From Candidatus Uhrbacteria bacterium (GTDB lineage Bacteria; Patescibacteriota; Patescibacteriia; JACRJV01), in the NCBI GenBank assembly GCA_016215325.1, contig JACRJV010000026.1, positions 95,955 to 159,954 of the forward strand: DNA of 64,000 bases, given 5' to 3'. Below the pieces are notes generated by a model, which ran no database searches, was not told the origin of the DNA, and saw only the letters and a program-made list of their open reading frames with translations. Both the position numbers and the translations under genes were made by a program. Shown here in pieces: positions 19,457-29,825 of this stretch (within the stretch, counting starts at the first letter, position 1; the number at the start of each line of letters is the position of its first letter).

Positions 19457-20389
19457 ATGGTCTGTATCCTTTCCTTTATCGTCCTTTCTATCACAGGGCT
19501 CTTTAGCTCAACGCACCGGGAGCTCGCCAAAGAGGCATGGGGGTGCGTGTGGCGGCGCGTGACATTGCGACCCTGCACGGTCGGGTTCAAAGAAAAAATA
19601 AAAGGCCGGCTCGTGGCATGGCTGTTGGGCCGATCCACACTCGCGGCAAAAATCCTCAACCGCTACTTTGAACTCCTTTCCTGGACGTTAGTGGTGCTTA
19701 CCATGGTGAGTACATTCTGGACCGTGCGCGGGCTCTACAACTATTATTTCTATGGCAGTTGTAATGGTTTAAACAGTACCGGCTTTTGCGTGTTTGACCC
19801 TGCCGGAGAAAATAATCAAGTTTCCTCGCTCAATACCCAATGCAGCGACAAACCGCAAAAAGAATCCGACGTAATTCTCTCCCCGGTCCCTGTGGAGGAA
19901 TTCCCCACCAAAAATGCGGGAGTAAAAAATCAGGTCGTCTTCATTGGGTGCTACAGCTGCGACTATACGCGGAAGTCGTATCCGCTGATCCAACAACTCA
20001 TCAAAGAAACAGGTGCTCAATATACGTTTGTCCATTTCCCGGTCAAACCGGAAACCAAATATTTAAGCGCCTACGCGCAGTGCATCGCAGATCAGAATAT
20101 CGAACAATTCTGGAAATGGAATGATGTCGTCTTTGCTTCAGAGAAATCCGATATTGCCAAACCAGAATACATTCAAACGCTGATGGAAAAGAATGGCATT
20201 GATACAAAAAAAGTTTTGGAGTGCGTCAACGACCCCAAAACCGCCGAAACCGTCAATCGACAGTATAACCAAATCAAGTCCACGCATCTCTACGGCACGC
20301 CCACGATTTTTTTCAACGGACGCGCCTACGTTGGCCCCAAGCCTTACCGCGTCTACCGCAACGCCCTGCGACGATTCCTTCCCTGGTAA
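19457..20389 (+). CDS. Membrane-anchored DsbA/thioredoxin-fold protein
   Basis: N-terminal TM segments, CYSCDY, FVHFP, YGTPTIFFNG (cis-Pro loop). Confidence 0.8.
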   Translation: MVCILSFIVLSITGLFSSTHRELAKEAWGCVWRRVTLRPCTVGFKEKIKGRLVAWLLGRSTLAAKILNRYFELLSWTLVVLTMVSTFWTVRGLYNYYFYGSCNGLNSTGFCVFDPAGENNQVSSLNTQCSDKPQKESDVILSPVPVEEFPTKNAGVKNQVVFIGCYSCDYTRKSYPLIQQLIKETGAQYTFVHFPVKPETKYLSAYAQCIADQNIEQFWKWNDVVFASEKSDIAKPEYIQTLMEKNGIDTKKVLECVNDPKTAETVNRQYNQIKSTHLYGTPTIFFNGRAYVGPKPYRVYRNALRRFLPW

Positions 20390-20495
20390 ACCATGTACTT
20401 CCTTTTAAAAGCGCCTACAAAGGATTTATCCCATACCCCTCTCATGAAAGCCGCTTAAGACAGTCCGGCGGATTGTCTTTCTTGATAGCGAGGAC

Positions 20496-21785
20496 TCATC
20501 TCCACCACCACTGCTGTCGCACCAGCAACTGCGCCGCTTCTAAGGGTTTGGCCATCAGCTCTTTCACCACGCGCTCCATGCGCATCACTTGCGAGCCCTT
20601 CACAAGGATGACATCCCCCTCGCGAATATTCTCTTGCAGGAATCTCCCCGCTTCCCACGCATCCGTCATTTTGTATACCCTCTCCGGCGGGAAACCCGCC
20701 GCAATCGCTTCGGAAGCAAAGAATCGCGCATTAATCCCGACCACCACCAGCGCCCCGGGCCGCTTCTCTGCAATGGTTTTGCCAACGTCTCGATGCGCGC
20801 TTTCGGTCTCGGCTCCCAAATCGGCCATATCACCGAGCACGGTCCAGGTAGTGCGCCCCTCATTGAGGCCAAGATACTCCAATACGTTCACAGCCTGCAG
20901 TACTGCCTTTGGCGAAGCATTGTACGAATCGTCAATCAATATCGAATTGCGGATCCCATCCAAAATGCGCATCCGTCCCGCGGGCCATTCTACGCGCTTG
21001 AGTGCATCGCTGACCGCAATGAGATTCATGCCTTGCGATAATCCCACTGCCGCAGCCATGCAGCTGCTTTCGACCACGGCCCAGCCGGCGACGTCCACGA
21101 GCGTGCAGGGGACGACCGAACCGTTCCAATGCAATTTAAAAAATGTTCCTCGGCCCGGCGCCCCTCCTGGTCGGGAGACGCGGATGCTCACATCCGTCGC
21201 AAACACATCGGCGCTCGAATCGATCCCGGCCGTCGTCATACGAGCGCGCGTGGCCCCCTTCACATCCCACGAGCGCGCCACGGAGCTATTCACGATCGCT
21301 GAACCGTTTGCCGGCAAGGCAGAAAGCAAACTAAGTTTTTCTTTTGCGACATGTTGAATCGTGCGCAACTTCTCCAAATGGACGGCTGAAATGGATGTGA
21401 CGACTCCCACGTGCGGCCGCACCCAGCGGGCAAGCCGCGCAATATCGCCCGGTCGATCCGCCCCAAGCTCAAGGACGATCGTCTTGGGGTATGAGCTGTC
21501 GTGCCACAAGAGCATCCCTACCCCGCGCGCGAGCACTCGCAACCATTTCCAGGGCGATCCCGCGGGGTACTGCCCCCCGATAATAGTCAGCGGCACCCCC
21601 CAATCGGTATTAAAACTCCCTTGTGCCACGCGCGTTGTGGGGTCAGAAGCGGCCAACAAGGCGCCAATCGCTTGCTTGGTTGAGGTCTTTCCCACCGATC
21701 CGGTCACGGCAATAATCCGCGGTTGATAAATAGACAGCAACGACCGGGCTATTTCGGTGATCATCCGGCGGAGCAGACGTTTCAT
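20496..21785 (-). CDS. murF: UDP-MurNAc-tripeptide D-Ala-D-Ala ligase
   Basis: VTGSVGKTSTK, SFNT, LELGADRPGDI, DDSYNASP, VLGDM, LVKGSQ. Confidence 0.92.
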   Translation of the reverse strand: MKRLLRRMITEIARSLLSIYQPRIIAVTGSVGKTSTKQAIGALLAASDPTTRVAQGSFNTDWGVPLTIIGGQYPAGSPWKWLRVLARGVGMLLWHDSSYPKTIVLELGADRPGDIARLARWVRPHVGVVTSISAVHLEKLRTIQHVAKEKLSLLSALPANGSAIVNSSVARSWDVKGATRARMTTAGIDSSADVFATDVSIRVSRPGGAPGRGTFFKLHWNGSVVPCTLVDVAGWAVVESSCMAAAVGLSQGMNLIAVSDALKRVEWPAGRMRILDGIRNSILIDDSYNASPKAVLQAVNVLEYLGLNEGRTTWTVLGDMADLGAETESAHRDVGKTIAEKRPGALVVVGINARFFASEAIAAGFPPERVYKMTDAWEAGRFLQENIREGDVILVKGSQVMRMERVVKELMAKPLEAAQLLVRQQWWWR

Positions 21786-21860
21786 AACGAGATTGAATGA
21801 TGTATTAATTTATTACTTTATTCGTTTGTTGACGCACACCAAAAATAAATAAACGAAAAA

Positions 21861-23624
21861 CTATCTTGAGATCGTTCTCGTCGGCGGAATCTGATCATAT
21901 GGAAGCAAAAATTTGATAATTTTGCCAGCAGTGGGAACAGCGGTCGCCTCCGCATACAACGCTTCCGGGCTCTTAATGCTCACCACCACCAAAAACGATG
22001 GGTCTTCTACCGGACCAAACCCGACAAATGTATGATTAAATTTGCTGGTATACCCCCGGGCTCCCTGCGCGGCAATTTGGGCCGTCCCGGTTTTCCCCGC
22101 AATGTAGTATCCTGGGGCAGCAGCGCCTTTCGAGTGCCCCTCTTCGACCACTTCTACCATCATACTGGAAATGAGCGAACTAGTTTCCGGTGAAATCACT
22201 CGGATCTTGGGCTTTGGCACTTGATTGATGGTTATCCCATCGGATGTACGGAAGGACTGGATAATGGTCGGCGCAACAAGCTCCCCCCCGTTGGCAATGG
22301 CCGAGAATGCCCGTGCTAACTGGATCGGAGTCACCGTAATGCCCTGCCCGAACGAAGCAGTGGCGGTATAAATAAATTGCGGTTTGCCCAACGATGAAAG
22401 CCATCCCGAATTTTCGTTTGGTAATTCAATACCCGTCAACTGACCGAATTGAAAATTTTTGATGTATTTGGTCAACCGATCTCCGCCCAAGCGTTGGGCA
22501 ACAAATACCGCACCCGTATTAATCGATTCTTTGAGCACCCCCACCATGTCCTGGAGCCCGTATGACTTATCGGCGGCATTATGGATCGTATCGGGTCCGA
22601 TGCTCACAAACCCTTGGTCTACATAGGTCGTCTTCGGGTTTACCGCCTTTTCTTCGATACCGGCAGCCATGGTGATCACCTTCATCACAGAGCCCGGTTC
22701 GTAGGCATCATCAACCGCCAAATGATTGTACACCCCGATATCGCCCACTGCATTATAACTATTCGGGTCAAACGATGGCAGCGAGCATAGCGCTCGAATC
22801 GCGCCGGTCTTAGGGTTTAACACGATCACGCTTCCGCCGAGTGCTTTAAACCGATCAACGGTTTCCTTGAGCGCCTCGCAGGCGGTAAACTGCACCGACC
22901 GCTCAATGGTGAGGATGATATTAATCCCGTCCATGGGCTTACTGCTGCTCGTCCCCGGCGCTGGAATCAATCGGCCGCGTCCATCGCGCAACAGATACTC
23001 CCACCCTTTCTGTCCGGACAATTCTTTGTCAAAATACCCTTCAATTCCATATTGCCCGCGCAAGGTATCATCGTCTTGGCGCACAAATCCCGTGATGGAC
23101 CCCAAGAGCTCCTTTTCCGGGTATATTCGCCCGGCAGATGACTGGGTATAAATCCCCTTCCAATGCTGCTGCTCAATCTGTTGGGCGGTGGCCACATCTA
23201 CACGCCGCTTGAGCGCTGCGTACTGCGTGTCGCGTTTGGAGAGTTTGGCGGCCACCTCTTTTGGATCGAGTGAAAGCAGACGCGCGAGCTGCTCGGATAC
23301 GATTCCCCCTTCTTCCACTTCTGGCGGCACGGCATACACCGTCACAAATGGTTGATTGGCCGCCGCCGGCAACTCTTCTTGGCCGTGGTCATCGGTAATA
23401 GAGATTTCGCCACGGCTGGGCAGCACCTTTAAAATTTTTTGCCGGCGAACAAAGATGTCCTGTCCAGAATTGCCGCTCGAACGGATAATCTGAATCCAAA
23501 ATAATCGGGAAATAATCAATACCGCAATCAATGCGCAACCCATCATGCCGATCCAATACCGCTGCCCAGTATTGATGATGTGGGGAGTAAAAGAATGCCG
23601 CACACCCGGACCCCGAGCATTCAT
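21861..23624 (-). CDS. ftsI: Class B penicillin-binding protein (FtsI/PBP2 type)
   Basis: YEPGSVMK (SxxK), SIN (SxN), KTGTAQ; dcw position. Confidence 0.88.
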   Translation of the reverse strand: MNARGPGVRHSFTPHIINTGQRYWIGMMGCALIAVLIISRLFWIQIIRSSGNSGQDIFVRRQKILKVLPSRGEISITDDHGQEELPAAANQPFVTVYAVPPEVEEGGIVSEQLARLLSLDPKEVAAKLSKRDTQYAALKRRVDVATAQQIEQQHWKGIYTQSSAGRIYPEKELLGSITGFVRQDDDTLRGQYGIEGYFDKELSGQKGWEYLLRDGRGRLIPAPGTSSSKPMDGINIILTIERSVQFTACEALKETVDRFKALGGSVIVLNPKTGAIRALCSLPSFDPNSYNAVGDIGVYNHLAVDDAYEPGSVMKVITMAAGIEEKAVNPKTTYVDQGFVSIGPDTIHNAADKSYGLQDMVGVLKESINTGAVFVAQRLGGDRLTKYIKNFQFGQLTGIELPNENSGWLSSLGKPQFIYTATASFGQGITVTPIQLARAFSAIANGGELVAPTIIQSFRTSDGITINQVPKPKIRVISPETSSLISSMMVEVVEEGHSKGAAAPGYYIAGKTGTAQIAAQGARGYTSKFNHTFVGFGPVEDPSFLVVVSIKSPEALYAEATAVPTAGKIIKFLLPYDQIPPTRTISR

Positions 23625-23629
23625 ACGCT

Positions 23630-23977
23630 CTACGGCGTCCCGACCCGATAGGCAACCGGGGAAGCGGGACGAGCGTATTCAACCGCACCTTCGGGGATAA
23701 AGCTCAACTCTTTCAACCGCTTTGCGACAGAATTCATCGACTGCGCAATAGAAGCGTTCTGCTTAATCTTCGCCAATTCTTCTGCTGTTTGCGCCGAAGT
23801 GGTACGCAGCGATTGAATTTCGTAGCCCTTTGTCGACACATCATTCACCAAAAACACGTAGGTCACACCGGCCGTGGCCGTAAGGATTGCCAACAGCAAC
23901 TGCAGACGGATGGAACCGCGTGCCATCTTGCGACGCGTGCGAAATACCGTTTGTCGTCCAAGTTGGTGGTGGAGCAT
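23630..23977 (-). CDS. FtsL-like cell division protein
   Basis: Basic N-terminus, single TM, KGYEI coiled coil, located between rsmH and ftsI. Confidence 0.7.
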   Translation of the reverse strand: MLHHQLGRQTVFRTRRKMARGSIRLQLLLAILTATAGVTYVFLVNDVSTKGYEIQSLRTTSAQTAEELAKIKQNASIAQSMNSVAKRLKELSFIPEGAVEYARPASPVAYRVGTP

Positions 23978-23980
23978 AGA

Positions 23981-24913
23981 TTATACGTGTTCGGCGGCCC
24001 GCAATCGTGCACTGCGCGAGGTGGGGTACTGGCGGAGTTCTTCGGTCGAAGGAGTAATAGATCTTGCCGTTAACAATTTGACGGTCGCCGAGGTACCGCA
24101 AATGCAAATCGGCGCCTCGGGCGGGCAAACGCAGGACTTCGCTAACATCCGCAGCGTCTGTTTTACAATCCGATCTTCGAGCGAATGATACGAAATAATC
24201 ACAATCCGGCCGTTTGGGTTCAGGACATCCACCCACACCTTGATGGCACGCTGGATAATGGCCAGCTCATCATTGACCGCAATCCGAAGGGCTTGGAGCA
24301 CCAGTGTCATCGGATTGTGGCGGCGATGCGCTCGCACAAGAGGGACAACAAGGAACTCTAACTCGCCAACAGTGGTCAGCGGCGATACGCCGCGATACTG
24401 GACGATAGTGCGTGCAAGCTGTTTTGCAGATGGCACTTCTCCATATTCGCGCAACCAGCGTTCGATCTCTTGCGCACTCTTGTCGCGTAAGAGGTCTGCA
24501 GCGGTCGGGATGGCGGCGCTCGGATCAAATCGCAGATCCAACGGGGCGGAGGCGTAGCGGAAACTCATCCCGCGTCTGGGATCTTCGAGGTGCTGGATCG
24601 CCACTCCCAGATCGAGCAGCACTCCATCGACGTGGGTTTTACCGGCAGCCCCGAGAATCTCTGCCACGTGGTCATAAGAGTTATGGACAAGCATGACACA
24701 ACTCTTCCAGGCAGCAAGGGTTTCCGCGGCAGCCAGCAGCTGCTGCGGATCTCGATCGACGCCGATGAGCATCCCATCATGACCAGCGCAAATGACTTCT
24801 GCAATGCGTTTGGCATGCCCTCCGGATCCGACAGTACCATCGACCACTGTCTGACCGGGAGCGCACGCTAAGTATTGAATAGCTTCATTCGCGAGGACGG
24901 GATGATGGCTCAA
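23981..24913 (-). CDS. rsmH: 16S rRNA m4C1402 methyltransferase
   Basis: HHPVL, DGTVGSGGH, LDLG, ISYHSLEDRIVK, SRSARLR; likely TTG start. Confidence 0.96.
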   Translation of the reverse strand: MSHHPVLANEAIQYLACAPGQTVVDGTVGSGGHAKRIAEVICAGHDGMLIGVDRDPQQLLAAAETLAAWKSCVMLVHNSYDHVAEILGAAGKTHVDGVLLDLGVAIQHLEDPRRGMSFRYASAPLDLRFDPSAAIPTAADLLRDKSAQEIERWLREYGEVPSAKQLARTIVQYRGVSPLTTVGELEFLVVPLVRAHRRHNPMTLVLQALRIAVNDELAIIQRAIKVWVDVLNPNGRIVIISYHSLEDRIVKQTLRMLAKSCVCPPEAPICICGTSATVKLLTARSITPSTEELRQYPTSRSARLRAAEHV

Positions 24914-24916
24914 AAA

Positions 24917-25007
24917 AATTCCAATTTCCAATTTCCAATTTCCAATGAGCGATCGGCATCGATATTGAAAATTGAAAATTGAAAATTCATTGTAAATTGA
25001 AAATTTA
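24917..25007. repeat. Inverted heptamer arrays between mraZ and rsmH
   Basis: (ttccaat)x4 ... (ttgaaaa)x3 ... ttgaaaattta, overlapping the mraZ stop. Confidence 0.9.
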
Positions 25008-25442
25008 TACTCCCAGTTCTCTCATCTGCTCGGCAATATCCACACTATTGGTTTCTGCCTGGAGCTTGTACTGCTCCCACGCCTCCTCATCCCATAATTC
25101 GATCCGAGAATACAAACCGGCGACAACCACCTGCTTATTCAACTTTGCGTATTGGCGGAGGTATTCGGGCAATACGATCCGACCATTACCATCGAGCTCC
25201 GCGTCCATAGCGCCGCCGAACATGAGCCGAGCGAATGCCCGCGGATTGGATTGGGATATCGGCAGCGCGGAGAGCTTTTCTGCCAACTGCTTCCAGGAGT
25301 CTGCGGGGAACAAAAAAAGACACTGGTCAATTCCGCGAGTAACAACAGCGCCTTTCTTGAATTGTGCTTGATATTTTTTGGGGATGGCAAGCCGCCCCTT
25401 ATCGTCCAATGTGTGGTGGTATTCTCCGATGAAGATTGCCAT
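25005..25442 (-). CDS. mraZ: Transcriptional regulator MraZ
   Basis: FIGEYHHTLDDKGRL and LDGNGRIVLP (two DxxGR). Confidence 0.97.
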   Translation of the reverse strand: MAIFIGEYHHTLDDKGRLAIPKKYQAQFKKGAVVTRGIDQCLFLFPADSWKQLAEKLSALPISQSNPRAFARLMFGGAMDAELDGNGRIVLPEYLRQYAKLNKQVVVAGLYSRIELWDEEAWEQYKLQAETNSVDIAEQMRELGV

Positions 25443-25460
25443 ACGTGAATGAACAGGACT

Positions 25461-25527
25461 TATCCCCACTTATATCCACTTTGAACCACTATGTACCAAT
25501 TATACTCCAAATTGTCCACAACGTCAA
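25461..25527 (-). promoter_or_regulatory. mraZ promoter with MraZ boxes
   Basis: AGTGG repeated at exact 10-bp spacing (three copies plus one degenerate) downstream of TTGACG-N17-TATAAT. Confidence 0.9.
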
Positions 25528-25642
25528 CCAATCTTAACCACAGGTCGCTGAACGAATTACGACCGAATCAGACCGAATAGTCAAGAACATAAAAGACCAC
25601 GCACGGGGGCGCGGCTCATTCGTCCTGATTCGTTAGATTCGT

Positions 25643-26068
25643 TCAGTGTTTCGCTGATTTTGTGATATTCGGCTTTCTGCCATAGCGAATTGTTGGCAGT
25701 AACCGTGCAGGGAATCGGCCCCAAACGGGGGGGAGGTCGATCGGATGTTCTAATAGATTCATGGGGAGATATCGAACAAACGGAGTGTCAGAGTTTGTAC
25801 GAGCCAGGATATGCGCAAACACGATTGCCTGTCGCAAACGGCTAAACGGCCCGGGACCGCGATAAACACCCACCTCAAGTCCTTCGTGCGGTATTGGGAT
25901 AAGCATCGATTCCGCCAGCTCTGGGAAAGACTCGCGCGCCAAGCCATACGATTCTTTCCAGTCCCAACGGCTTGTCAACCGTCGCCCCAACAAGATCCGG
26001 CGATTAAGGCCGTCGACAATCAGAATAACCCGGGGGGTGTGTATTATTTTTTTGGTATTCATAGTCAC
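25643..26068 (-). CDS. Short TsaB-like protein
   Basis: VYRGPGPFSRLR (cf. GPGSFTGLR) and C-terminal Y..KPNIT. Confidence 0.65.
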   Translation of the reverse strand: MTMNTKKIIHTPRVILIVDGLNRRILLGRRLTSRWDWKESYGLARESFPELAESMLIPIPHEGLEVGVYRGPGPFSRLRQAIVFAHILARTNSDTPFVRYLPMNLLEHPIDLPPVWGRFPARLLPTIRYGRKPNITKSAKH

Positions 26069-26105
26069 TCTACGCTATACTAACATCAAATAGCTCCCCC
26101 TTGCC

Positions 26106-28403
26106 ATGGCCGAATCCTATTTTTTGCCATTTGAATACCCGCATAAAAGCACGAGTCGCTCTCATCGCGTCTGGGTTGCTCCTGTTTCGAGTCGGCAACA
26201 AGAATCCTGGGGCACGCTGTGTGCCGTGGTTCAGGTCCCCTCTTCCGCCAATGCCGACCATCTCTTCCGCCAATTGTGCGATCTATTTACCAAGTTGTAT
26301 TATCCCACCACCATCGCAACAAGAACCAAACAGAGCCAAAGCGATCAAGCGCACGCGCGCACGCTCCAGTTTGAACAAATGCTGCAAGAGCTCAACGAAG
26401 ATTTTGTCAATCTCGAACGATTCGGGATTGATGCGCGAGAGCGCACGGAATTTGACGTATTGCTCGCACTCATCCACCCCGACGAAGTATTGATTGCCAA
26501 CCACGTTGGCGCACATGCCTGGTTCGTGGGCGCCAACGGCCAAGGACCATCAGAAGATTTCCGGATGGAGCAGCTCACAAATGAAAACAATGGCGAAGAC
26601 TTCTTCTCGTCCGTAACCAGCGGCACCTTGTCTTCCAGCGAAACAATCGTATTGGCCACGGGAGATTTTTTCTCGTATTGGCGGCCCGAGCGGGTGATCC
26701 ATCAGATCGATACGGCCGAAAGCACCGAAGAGCTCCTAGAGATATTAGAACAGGAAGGCAACGATTCGCAAGCACAACCGCAAGCGGCATTATTTGTTCT
26801 CGGGTTAAGCCCCGAAACCCAATCGGAGCCAGAAGAAGGAGAGGACGAAGAACCAGTCTCGGAGTCCGGCGAGGTCTCATCACGGCCCACAAGGCCTGGG
26901 ACGCACACCACAACATCCCCCCAATCCAATGGCCGGCAACTTCATCAAGCTGCCCAAGCAACAGTTGTATCGTTAGCGCCGATCCTGCAATTTTTCGCCA
27001 ACGCCGTCATCCGCAGCGTGCGATCTCTTGGGGTCGGGAGCGTACGCGCCGTCCGCTGGCTTGTCCGCAACCGGCATGAATTGCCGCAGGTCGCCAAAAC
27101 AATTGCAGATCGTTTCCAACGGGCAATCCGCTGGGTGGTGATGGTGTTGTTATGGTGCTGGTCGCTCGTGCGCAGCGTACTCCTGCTGCTGGGATTTGGC
27201 GTGGCAACGCTCATTGGGCACACCGCAGGGAAAGACGCGTTTGCAAAACAATTGGAGAAAGAACCGGCCATGCGCAGCGCCCGCCTCACCACTGCAATCC
27301 AACAACAGTCGAATGTTGCCAATGCCATTGCGATTGGGATGGTACTGATTATTATCGCCGGCGCCGGAGCGGTCACGCGCCTCCAATACAGCCGCCTCAA
27401 ACAACTCGAGCAAGACCAGCGCCAAGAAATTGAGCAAAAAATTACCCAAGCGCAAGGGCCGCTCATCTATGGTGACGATACGACGGCAAAGTCGCTGCTC
27501 GAGCAGGCGCGCGCATTATTAGATCAGCTCCCCGATCGCGCCAACGACCCTACCAAAAGCCAAATTCAAAAAGAATTGGATGAGTTAGCGCAGCAACTCC
27601 GGCATGAGATTCTACTGCCCGCGCCGACCGTAACGATTCCAGCGATCGAGGAGGCGGCGGCCATGGCAGCAACGCCCACAACGTTCGTGGTCGCGAGTAC
27701 GAGCCAAGTCGCTATTTTTGATGCACGCGACCTTGCCCGCAAGCGAGTCCCAAGAATTATTAAACTGCCCGCCGGCAAAATCCAAACGATCAGCTCGATT
27801 GATCTCACCACAACCCTGGCGCTGATCCATGACGGACCCAATGTTCATCGAATTCCATTAGATGGAAAATCCCCAATGACAACGGTGGCACTCCCCTCGA
27901 CGGTCGGCCGCGTTCGCACACTGTTTAACAGCCGTCTCTATGCGGTCGACGCCGCAGGGAAACAATTGCTCAAATTAAATCCTGCCAGCAATACATGGGC
28001 AAAACCCACCGTGTGGTTTACCGATCCAGCACTTCAGCTACCGCGTGGACTCAGCGCAATCGCCGTGGATGGGGCGGTGTATGCATCGACCGACCATGAC
28101 GTCGTCAAGTATTATCAAGGCAAACCAGAACTGTTTACCACCACAATCGAGCCGCCCCTTGAGCGCCCGCAACACATAATCGCGCCGGAAAATGATCCAA
28201 ATCTTTTTGTACTCGATTCAAAGAGAGTTATTGTTCTTGACAAGGGGGCAACAAAGAAAGAACGCGGCGGCATTACCGTTGGACAATTAGTGGACAAGCG
28301 CTGGAATCAGGTTCAAGATTTTGTTGTCGACACAAAACTCAAACATTTGATAGTACTGGCAGACGGCAATATTCTGCAGTACCCCCTGCCGACACTTAAA
28401 TAG
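26106..28403 (+). CDS. Membrane protein: degenerate PP2C-like N-domain, TM, C-terminal beta-propeller
   Basis: IANHVG, SGTL...IVLATGDF; TM near aa 410; LYAVD, IAVDGAVY, LFVLD repeats. Confidence 0.7.
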   Translation: MAESYFLPFEYPHKSTSRSHRVWVAPVSSRQQESWGTLCAVVQVPSSANADHLFRQLCDLFTKLYYPTTIATRTKQSQSDQAHARTLQFEQMLQELNEDFVNLERFGIDARERTEFDVLLALIHPDEVLIANHVGAHAWFVGANGQGPSEDFRMEQLTNENNGEDFFSSVTSGTLSSSETIVLATGDFFSYWRPERVIHQIDTAESTEELLEILEQEGNDSQAQPQAALFVLGLSPETQSEPEEGEDEEPVSESGEVSSRPTRPGTHTTTSPQSNGRQLHQAAQATVVSLAPILQFFANAVIRSVRSLGVGSVRAVRWLVRNRHELPQVAKTIADRFQRAIRWVVMVLLWCWSLVRSVLLLLGFGVATLIGHTAGKDAFAKQLEKEPAMRSARLTTAIQQQSNVANAIAIGMVLIIIAGAGAVTRLQYSRLKQLEQDQRQEIEQKITQAQGPLIYGDDTTAKSLLEQARALLDQLPDRANDPTKSQIQKELDELAQQLRHEILLPAPTVTIPAIEEAAAMAATPTTFVVASTSQVAIFDARDLARKRVPRIIKLPAGKIQTISSIDLTTTLALIHDGPNVHRIPLDGKSPMTTVALPSTVGRVRTLFNSRLYAVDAAGKQLLKLNPASNTWAKPTVWFTDPALQLPRGLSAIAVDGAVYASTDHDVVKYYQGKPELFTTTIEPPLERPQHIIAPENDPNLFVLDSKRVIVLDKGATKKERGGITVGQLVDKRWNQVQDFVVDTKLKHLIVLADGNILQYPLPTLK

Positions 28404-28425
28404 TACAAATCGCTGACCGAATACG

Positions 28426-28456
28426 AAAACGCCGTCCAATGTTAGACGGCGTTTTT
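28426..28456. terminator. Bidirectional terminator between convergent genes
   Basis: AAAACGCCGTC-8nt-GACGGCGTTTTT. Confidence 0.85.
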
Positions 28457-28498
28457 CGATTCGGGAAAATTCGGACCGGGTTCGGTCACCGATTCGTA

Positions 28499-28909
28499 CT
28501 ACTTGAGGGTTACTTTCCCGCCAGCCTCTTCCAGCTTTTTCTTGATGGTTTCGGCTTCTTGCTTTGACACGCCTTCCTTCACCACCTTTGGCGCCCCGTC
28601 CACAAGATCTTTAGCTTCTTTCAAGCCCTTTTCCGTCACCTCGCGGATCACTTTAATCACATTGATCTTGTTGGCGCCAGAATCCGTAAGTTCAACCGTA
28701 AAGGCGGTCTTCTCTTCTGCCGCTTCGGCCGGGGCGGCGCCGGCGGCCGGCATCGCACCCATCATCACCGGGGCTGCAGCGGACACGCCAAACTTCTTCT
28801 CCAAAATCTTCACGAGTTCTGCGCAATCCAGCACAGAAAGTTTTTCGATCGAATCCACCAGAGTTTTAAACTTCTCTGGCACTTCGACCACTTGCATTTC
28901 TTCAGACAT
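28499..28909 (-). CDS. rplL: 50S ribosomal protein L7/L12
   Basis: [28 protein letters not shown]. Confidence 0.99.
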   Translation of the reverse strand: MSEEMQVVEVPEKFKTLVDSIEKLSVLDCAELVKILEKKFGVSAAAPVMMGAMPAAGAAPAEAAEEKTAFTVELTDSGANKINVIKVIREVTEKGLKEAKDLVDGAPKVVKEGVSKQEAETIKKKLEEAGGKVTLK

Positions 28910-28916
28910 ACATTCG

Positions 28917-28994
28917 AGTGAATCCCGCTTAGCCAGTGAATCCCGCCGGCCAGCTACTGGCTCACCGGATTTACTGGATTTACTGGATTTACTT
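28917..28994. repeat. Inverted nonamer arrays between rplJ and rplL
   Basis: AGTGAATCCCGC x2 ... (ggatttact)x3 abutting the rplJ stop. Confidence 0.85.
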
Positions 28995-29514
28995 ATTTCT
29001 TAGAATTTCCAATCGCGTCAATAACACTGACGAGTTGTCGAATATTGGCATTGAGCGCTCCCACCACGCCGGAAATCGGCGCATTGAGTAACCCAACCAA
29101 TTGGCCGCGCAGTTGTTGTTTTGTCGGCAGCGTACTCACCGCTGTGACCTCTTCCGCAGTAATCCATCGCCCCTCGAAGATTCCCCCGAGCGGGTTGATC
29201 ACCTCATTTTTCTTGCGGAAGGTCATCAAGACCTTTGCGGGTGCGACTTCGTCGCCATATCCCAGCAACAGACTGATGCTCCCGGCTAAGCTGCGGGCCG
29301 ACACGGTCCAACCCGTGTCCTTCACCGCCACGTCAAGCAAAGTTTTCTTGACCGAGACATATTCAGCCTGTTCTGCTTCCAGTTGTTTGCGCAGCTCCTG
29401 GCTCTGAGCAACGCTCATCGCGTTGTAGCTTGCAACCACAACAGACTTGGCACGGCCCAAATGATCCTTGAGCCCGGCAACGATTTCTTCTTTTCGACTT
29501 CGTGTTTTTGCCAT
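28993..29514 (-). CDS. rplJ: 50S ribosomal protein L10
   Basis: MAKTR..KEE, VKKTLL, LPTKQQL...LNAP. Confidence 0.98.
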   Translation of the reverse strand: MAKTRSRKEEIVAGLKDHLGRAKSVVVASYNAMSVAQSQELRKQLEAEQAEYVSVKKTLLDVAVKDTGWTVSARSLAGSISLLLGYGDEVAPAKVLMTFRKKNEVINPLGGIFEGRWITAEEVTAVSTLPTKQQLRGQLVGLLNAPISGVVGALNANIRQLVSVIDAIGNSKK

Positions 29515-29519
29515 AAAAC

Positions 29520-29710
29520 AATAAAACTGTGGTTCTTATCCCACAGTGTTCTATCACTTTCCGTCACTGTCATCCTTGGGCTTGATCCCGCTTCTCGCAG
29601 AGGCGGGATGACCCGACGAGGATCCAGAAAAGAAAAGGTTTTTTCCTATCATCGGATTTACGGTCTCTGACGACCTTTAAGGCAGAGATGACCGATGGTC
29701 TGTGGAAATA
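29520..29710 (-). promoter_or_regulatory. Probable structured rplJ leader (L10-leader-like) containing a REP-like insertion
   Basis: Long hairpin-rich 5' region (AGACC...GGTC...TCTG/CAGAGACC) in the canonical position; family match not verified. Confidence 0.45.
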
Positions 29711-29825
29711 GATTGTGCCAATACGATACCGGATATCGGCTGACTTGTCAACTATTCAGCACTTCCGCTACACTGCCGCTACCACAGTGTATCCTTAACC
29801 CTAACCAAGCCCGGAAGGAGGGCTC

